Source: Flectonema sp. DT1601 (Eukaryota). Taken from it: a stretch of DNA of 64,000 nucleotides. Below are positions 57,686 through 64,000 of this stretch, piece by piece (positions within the stretch are counted from its first letter, which is position 1; every line of letters starts with the position of its first letter). A program made the translations under genes and the position numbers. The notes beneath the pieces are model-generated. The model did not search any database and had not been told where the DNA came from. It saw only the letters and a program-made list of their open reading frames with translations. The stretch lies in assembly GCA_964019425.1 (NCBI GenBank), contig OZ025805.1, forward strand, positions 372,001 to 436,000. Direction: 5' to 3'.

Positions 57686-60103
57686 ATGACTCGAGACGCA
57701 GCGTTTTACACGGAAAGCTGTCGACCGTATGTGGAGTTCTATCTTCAGAGATTGTTAAAAAATGAAGTTGGATTGATTCAGTTAAATTTAATTAGTAGAA
57801 ATGTTGATGATGATAATGTTGAAGAACTGATGAATGCTTTGAATGACAATACGGAAGTTAAAAAAATAATACTCGATGACAATAACATAAGCGATGTCGG
57901 TTTAGGGATGATTGCTGAGTTGCTTCGACGTAACGAAACGATCGTGGAAGTTTCGGTAGCAGCGAACAAACTCATCACAGATAAGGGAATTAAGCTATTG
58001 ACAGAGTCTATGTTGATTAATAATTCAGTGTTGGTAACAACAATAGATCGAATAGACAACATCACCCCTTCAGTTAAAAATTCCCTCCAACTAACCACAT
58101 CATACAACAGCCAACCCATTGCATTGAAAAATGCTATTGTTTCTATCTTGGAATGTAAAAATTCAGTTCAAAAAATTGATTTGTCAGAGCCGTCTGTACC
58201 ATCAAAACCGTTTAATATATCATCAGCAAAGTTAATAGCTGGGTTGATCTGTAGCTGTAGTACTCTTGTTTATCTTGATTTAAGCAATAATAATAAAGGT
58301 GATGAAGTTACTGGAATCATAAGTAAAGCAGTAGCAGATCATCCTTGTCTGGTTGAATTGCATTTATCGTCGAACTGTATCACAGACGTAGGAGCGAAGT
58401 ATTTGTGTGACTCTCTTCGGAACAACACAACCGTGACTGAGTTGGGTCTCTATGATAATATTATTGGGAATAGAGGAGCAGCGATGTTCGTCGATTTGGT
58501 CACGATAAACGAAACAATTTCCCACGTTAAATTAGATAAAAACAACATCAGTCCAGAACAACGTAGTAGAGTCGTCCATTCTCTTCTACTAAATTCTCAA
58601 CCTGCGAAGTTAAAATTAATATATGAATCACTATTCTTAAATGACAGCTCAATCAGAACCGTTCACATCGACGGGTTACAACAACCTGATGACAAACAAC
58701 TCAATGGAATATCATGTAGAGTCTTGTTTAATTGCCTTGATGGCAACACCACCGTAAAAAAATTAATTCTACCGAACAACAGGATTGAGGATGAGGGGGC
58801 GGAATCTCTCTCCCTTTTAATCCAAAGAAACCGACATTTAGAAGTTGTAAATCTACGGGGAAATAGAATCACTTCAAAAGGATGTAAATTATTAACTGAA
58901 GCGCTGTCTCGTAATACGAGTATCAAATTGTTTGATATCTCAGATCAAGTTCCTAATCCAATTCCGGTTGAAGAGCTTTCAGCAATGAGCATGCAGCTTA
59001 GCCTCAATGCTGAACCATTCGCATTAAAACAACTAATACCCTTACTGATATCAAATGATCCGTCAGCTGCAGTTGTAGATTTAGGTTCATTAAATATAAA
59101 AATCAAAAGCAACATAAGTACCTACCAACTGTTGAAATCTGGATTGGAAAACAACACGTTCGTAAAAGAGATCATCCTCGATAATAATAAGACTTTTGGA
59201 GAGGAATATAATTCAATATCGGGGTTTAATATTTTGATTGATGTGTTTTTGAGATCTGAACTTCCATTAACAATACTAAGCCTCTCTAACACGTCGTTAA
59301 CTGATGACAGCATTGGATTGATATCACGTCTTTTGGTAGAGTCAGGTAGTATAATTTCCATTAATTTATCGAACAACTGTTTTACAAAAGTAAAACAGTG
59401 GACTTCTATACTGCTTGATTCCAATCACACTTTAACTGATTTTGACCTTTCGAATAGCTGTGTTGGAGTTTCTAAGGAACACCTTTCTGAGTTGAGTACC
59501 GTTTTGAAAATGAACGCTCAGCCTTTGAAATTCAAGAAAATACTACTTCAAGCGTACAGCAACGATGAGGAATTGACGAGTATTTGTTTGGTTGATTACG
59601 AATCCTTGGGTGGATCGAATTATAAATACAGCAGAAGATACGATGATAAAAGTATAGAGCTTCTCTCTGACTCTTTAAAGGAGAATACCAACGTATCAAA
59701 ACTAGACATCTCATCCAACAGAATAGGAGATAAAGGTGCAGTATCAATCGCTTCATTACTTCAACAGAATAGATCAATAACGACTATATCGATGTCTAAT
59801 AATTATGTTACTGATCAGGGGTTTAGGGTTATCGCTGACTCGCTCATAGTAAATCCGACTCTCAGTTGTATTATTGTCGATGGGAATTTAATTTCGGATC
59901 CGTCGACAAGAAAACATCTGAATCTGGCAACTTGTCACAACGCAGCTCTTCCTCTCGATATTTATGGAAAAGCGGTTGCGGAAGTTTCTGGATTTCAGAA
60001 GAAAATCGAAGAAGCGATTGCAGCGGATGCTCTTTTAAACTACAACAGCAAGGAGTCTCTTCAGATGACAATGAAACGATTGGATGAACCTTTGTACAAG
60101 TAG
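57686..60103 (+). CDS. RNI-like (NLRC3/RanGAP-type) leucine-rich-repeat protein
   Basis: Repeated LxLxxNxIxDxGAxxLxxxLxxN; about 805 aa from ATG 57686. Confidence 0.88.
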   Translation: MTRDAAFYTESCRPYVEFYLQRLLKNEVGLIQLNLISRNVDDDNVEELMNALNDNTEVKKIILDDNNISDVGLGMIAELLRRNETIVEVSVAANKLITDKGIKLLTESMLINNSVLVTTIDRIDNITPSVKNSLQLTTSYNSQPIALKNAIVSILECKNSVQKIDLSEPSVPSKPFNISSAKLIAGLICSCSTLVYLDLSNNNKGDEVTGIISKAVADHPCLVELHLSSNCITDVGAKYLCDSLRNNTTVTELGLYDNIIGNRGAAMFVDLVTINETISHVKLDKNNISPEQRSRVVHSLLLNSQPAKLKLIYESLFLNDSSIRTVHIDGLQQPDDKQLNGISCRVLFNCLDGNTTVKKLILPNNRIEDEGAESLSLLIQRNRHLEVVNLRGNRITSKGCKLLTEALSRNTSIKLFDISDQVPNPIPVEELSAMSMQLSLNAEPFALKQLIPLLISNDPSAAVVDLGSLNIKIKSNISTYQLLKSGLENNTFVKEIILDNNKTFGEEYNSISGFNILIDVFLRSELPLTILSLSNTSLTDDSIGLISRLLVESGSIISINLSNNCFTKVKQWTSILLDSNHTLTDFDLSNSCVGVSKEHLSELSTVLKMNAQPLKFKKILLQAYSNDEELTSICLVDYESLGGSNYKYSRRYDDKSIELLSDSLKENTNVSKLDISSNRIGDKGAVSIASLLQQNRSITTISMSNNYVTDQGFRVIADSLIVNPTLSCIIVDGNLISDPSTRKHLNLATCHNAALPLDIYGKAVAEVSGFQKKIEEAIAADALLNYNSKESLQMTMKRLDEPLYK

Positions 60104-60111
60104 AAGATTTT

Positions 60112-60142
<31 letters not shown>

Positions 60143-60296
60143 TTCAGTTAATTATTTATTTTTACGTTAGGCATTCGCGTTTCTACTATTGGATGTCAGT
60201 CTCACTTACACTACTAAATATTCTTTTTTTTTTTTTTTAAATATTTTCTTTTTTAAATTCAAGTCTACTATTTGTATCAGATAAACAAAACAAAAC

Positions 60297-60590
60297 ATGA
60301 AATGTATTAATTGCGATGCCGTGTACGAAGAAGAAGATAATTACAACGGTATCTGTGTCTACCATCCTGGTGCTTATGGGCGTTGTGGAGCAATTAAAAG
60401 AGGAAATGGATGGACTTGTTGTGGGAGGGAATTTCATGAAAAAGGATGCATTCAGCAACGACATGAAATTACGAGTAGGAGACACGGCAGTCTCATTGAC
60501 GATTTGGAAATTATGATGAAAAAAAATAATACTAATACTGCTGCTGGAAAAAGACATTCAGCTCCTGGAGAGCTTACACCCGTTGCGTGA
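60297..60590 (+). CDS. Small Cys/His zinc-binding protein (Btk-motif/CHORD-like)
   Basis: CINC...CVYHPG...WTCC...GC...H. Confidence 0.7.
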   Translation: MKCINCDAVYEEEDNYNGICVYHPGAYGRCGAIKRGNGWTCCGREFHEKGCIQQRHEITSRRHGSLIDDLEIMMKKNNTNTAAGKRHSAPGELTPVA

Positions 60591-62325
60591 AATGATTTTT
60601 TTTTTTTTTTTTTTTTTTTTTGTAGTTTGTTCAGATTAAGAGCTGTTATTTCTCATGGTCATGATGTTTTTTTTCCCACGTGTGTGCGACAGGATTCTGT
60701 CTGCGCGTTCAACGAAATATAAGCTAATCTGAAAATCTGAAAATAATTTTTTTTTTATTTTTTTTATTTTAATTTGTTTAGTAAAATTTGCAAGTCTCGT
60801 CCTTTTTTTTTTTTTCTTTGCTTCTTCTTATCTAGCTAGCTGTTATTATTTAGTTACGAAAAAAATTGTTTTATAAAAAATAAAAAAAAAGATGAAATCT
60901 TTTTACGATTTTTTTTTGTTTTTGCTTTTTTTTTTTTTGCGATATCTTTTTCAGTGGACCACGGATTAGTGTCTACCAAGGTTGATTTTACGTTTACGTT
61001 TGACTTCCTTAAGATAAAAAGCCAGTTTTTATTTTTTTTAAATTTCTTTTTTTTTGTACCGTCAAAGTCGGGAGAAGAAAACCGTAAGTTTAGATTAAGA
61101 GGCCGTTTTATTTTTCATGATCAAATGTCCCAACAAAATATGAAGCTTTATCTGAATGGTTTCTTTTCCTTTCGACGGGGAGTAGTAAGCTTGGTAATGT
61201 GATCAGATATAAAGCAACTTGAAAACTGGCTAAAATGAATATTGAAAGAGACCAACAGTTGGTATCGATAAAGTCTCGGGGGGAGTGGAGGAAATTCCCT
61301 TTGAGAGGGTATTGAACTGGTTGTGTTTTTTTTTTTTGTCTTCGAGGAAGCCAAAGAGAATCTTCTAATTACACCAACAATCCTAAACAAGATTAGGTCT
61401 ACTTACATTACTGTTAGCTTTCGTAACTCTATTAGAGTTAATCCGATGCTTTCTTTTGGTACACAATGTAATAGACATCTTCATCTATCTATCTCTTCAC
61501 AGATAATCGGGTGTCCCCTTCACCTTGATATTAATGTTTCTGTGACAGACCTGACCTCAGTCTGTTAGTTTTCTTTTTATTAATTAACTCTGGTAGCAAC
61601 CTCATTTTTCAAAAGGAAAGAAAAAAAAAAGTGATTCTCGTTGACCTGATTCATTCCCTCAACAGGAAGTACCAAATCAAAAGGCTCAATTATACCCGAG
61701 TTTGTTTTGGTGATGGGAATCTATTATAAGTAGTTGTTTGTTAGTTAACTTCAATTCACATTTTGTTTTAGAACGATAACAAATTACCCACCAGATGTTG
61801 GGAAACTGCAGGAAAAATGAATACTTTTATTTTACTTTTCTCTTTAATGATTACTAAACTTCAATTCAGATAAATCACTCAATTATACGAATGTTGGGTT
61901 TTTGATGATCGACATCTCTTTGAGTAGTTGTTTGTTAGTTAATTTCAATTCACAATTTTATCTTAGAACGACAGCAACTTCAACACAGAATGATGACCTC
62001 ATTCATTCCCTCAACAGGAAGTACCAAATCAAAGGCTCAATTATACCCGAGTTTGTTTTGGTGATGGGAATCTATTATAAGTAGTAGTTTGTTAGTTAAC
62101 TTCAATTCACATTTTTATCTTAGAACGACAGCAACTTCAACACAGAATGAAGTCCCTTAAAACTTCCTGATGAAGGCCTAAAAAAGAGACAAGTAGTATA
62201 AGATCAAGGCTTATTACTGTAGATGTTAGGAATCTGCAGAAAAAATGAATACTTTTATTTTTACTTATCTCTATTTTGTATTCTCACAGTTTTTTTTCTA
62301 TCATAACAGGGTGTAGGGGAAAACA

Positions 62326-63866
62326 ATGAAATTATGGTCCTTGTCGTTGCTTTCCATCTTTTCAATCGTTGCGTCTAATCCTTTCTTAGAGAATAAGGAT
62401 GTTGCGGTTCATAATATTGAGAAGGAAGACATGGAAAAGTACGTTAAGAAAGACAACAAAGGATACCACGTAATGGTTCTCACAACTTACATCAAAGAAA
62501 TGAGAGAAGAGAAATGTCCTCATCACTGTACCTGGTTAGAAAAACAACAAGAAGCCTTAGCTGAAGCATACGTCAACCAGTATAACGGAAAGAGGATCTA
62601 TGACAATGGTGGTAAAAGAATATTCTTTGCTAAGAGGCTGTTGACAAGAGCACCTAAGAAAGGTCGAGTTCCGTCACTGATGATGTATACTGCAGACAGT
62701 TCTAAAGCAGATTTGTTTGGAAGTAGCTACCTGACTGAGAATGAAAATGATTGGGATAATTTGAAAAAATCACAGGAAACTAAAATATCAACAGCGAGAA
62801 AAGAAGCTGCCAGATCGTTTAAATCTGTAAAGAGAGGTGATCAGCGAAGGGAACGTCGTAAGCGTTCACTATCAACGCAAGAGATCAGAGAAGAACCACA
62901 ATACGGTATTAGAGATGCTGGTAATCCAAACATGAACAACATCTGTAAATGGGCCAGATTAACAACAAAGAATTTAATGCACGAATGTCCTCAGGATGTC
63001 GATCGTAACATTGCGAGTACTGAAGCAAAATCTGAGAGTGGAAAGAACATTTTGATAATGGTAATCAGTTTGAGTGGGTTCTTCTTCTTATTCAGGGCTT
63101 TCGGTGTTATCTTCCCCAGGTTCAATTCATCTGAGGAAGAACGTCGTAGACTCTTTCACATGGCTGCTGGAGTTGAGAAATATCAGGATAATCACGTCCA
63201 TCAGAAATTCATCGATCCTTTTTGGTCATTTTTCACCAACGTCGCATTCGTTGTTAGTTTGATTGGTGTTTCTTGCTGTGTTTCAGGAATGTATCATAAT
63301 TTTCTTAATAAGCAGGAGCTTTTGGGAGGTGATTTCAATCCTCCATTTTCTCGCTTTACCGGATACAAAGGTCAGCTCCCAATGCACTCACTCTGTGTTG
63401 CTGTAGCCACCAGTTATTGTGTTGTTATAATGCTTGCTCTTGGTAGAGTTGTATGTGTTTTTTTTTTTTTTTTTTTGCATTTAACAAGTATTGTAAGAAT
63501 GAAAAAGAATGTTGGGGGGCAGCACACGTAAACCTCCTTTAGCTTTATCAGTTTAAGTTCGGTTCTCGGGGGTTTCGTGACACAAACAAAAACATCAGCA
63601 AAGTGTTATATTACTATTTTTCTGTAGTTTTAAGAAACCAATTCTTTATTGTTGTCGCATCGACGAAAAAGTAACAAAAAAAAAAAAAAAAAAAACAACA
63701 GGCAACCAGCAACTACACTTTAATAAAAATGGCAGCAGTGCCAGCATTGATGTTTTTGTGGCTTCTTGGAGCTGGATTTTTAGGAAACTTGTTTGTTGAC
63801 AAAAACGGATATTATCTTCAGAATTCCAAGTATTACGACTACTTGCCGATTATTTTACGTCGTTAG
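62326..63866 (+). CDS. OST3/OST6 (MAGT1/TUSC3)-like membrane protein; intron 63451-63701
   Basis: Signal peptide, luminal CPHHC, four TM segments, SGMYHNFL...FTGYKGQL; splicing adds a final TM and FVDKNGYY. Confidence 0.6.
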
Positions 63867-64000
63867 ATTTAGTTCTTTGTTTTCCCCGTTCCCCCACTTC
63901 CATTCCCCATTTTTACAATATTGTAAAGAGCTTAGCAAAGAATGTTTGACAGCACACGTGAATTCCTTTAGCAGTTTTAAAGTCGGGGTTCGTTTTTTTT

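Noticed and set aside
61645..62150. Local ~100-150-bp tandem duplications (also 22490-22850)
   Set aside because: Ordinary intergenic duplications with no additional structure seen
62162..62200. Penelope-type minimal hammerhead (CTGATGAAGGCC)
   Set aside because: No matching stem II partner or GAAA; at most a decayed relic

Overview
AT-rich eukaryotic DNA. All host genes are on the + strand with occasional GT-AG introns; a euglenozoan such as a diplonemid is my best guess but is unproven. Two clusters (about 1-16 kb and 46-57 kb) carry a tandem family of ubiquitin-like + BspA-type LRR genes with variable LRR number. Between and after them are ordinary genes (PF20/SPAG16-like WD40, PDK1-like kinase with FYVE, CCCH zinc finger, BTB, RNI-type LRR, OST3/6-like) and decayed DNA transposons (two piggyBac-like, one foldback/MULE-like, one G-run TIR element). 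Main find: a site-specific retroelement system parasitising the LRR repeat unit. A 7.8-kb APE-RT LINE (2370-10152) and five full-length ~690-bp non-autonomous elements (plus one 5'-truncated copy) all insert in sense at the same codon register of the 75-bp LRR unit. Five of the six full-length insertions have exact 20-bp TSDs (consensus TTnCTGTn6ATYACTn), and all six begin with an HDV-like ribozyme fold at base 1. The LINE is one continuous reading frame: in frame with the host gene, then an NKLAHALNGN motif, Q-rich ORF1, a single UGA, a 2A/StopGo peptide (GDVERNPGP), APE-RT, a zinc finger and three unusual Cys/His repeats. Separately, a dispersed repeat contains what looks like a non-circularly permuted hammerhead ribozyme (best copy 45494-45560). 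All RNA folds were paired by eye and are untested.
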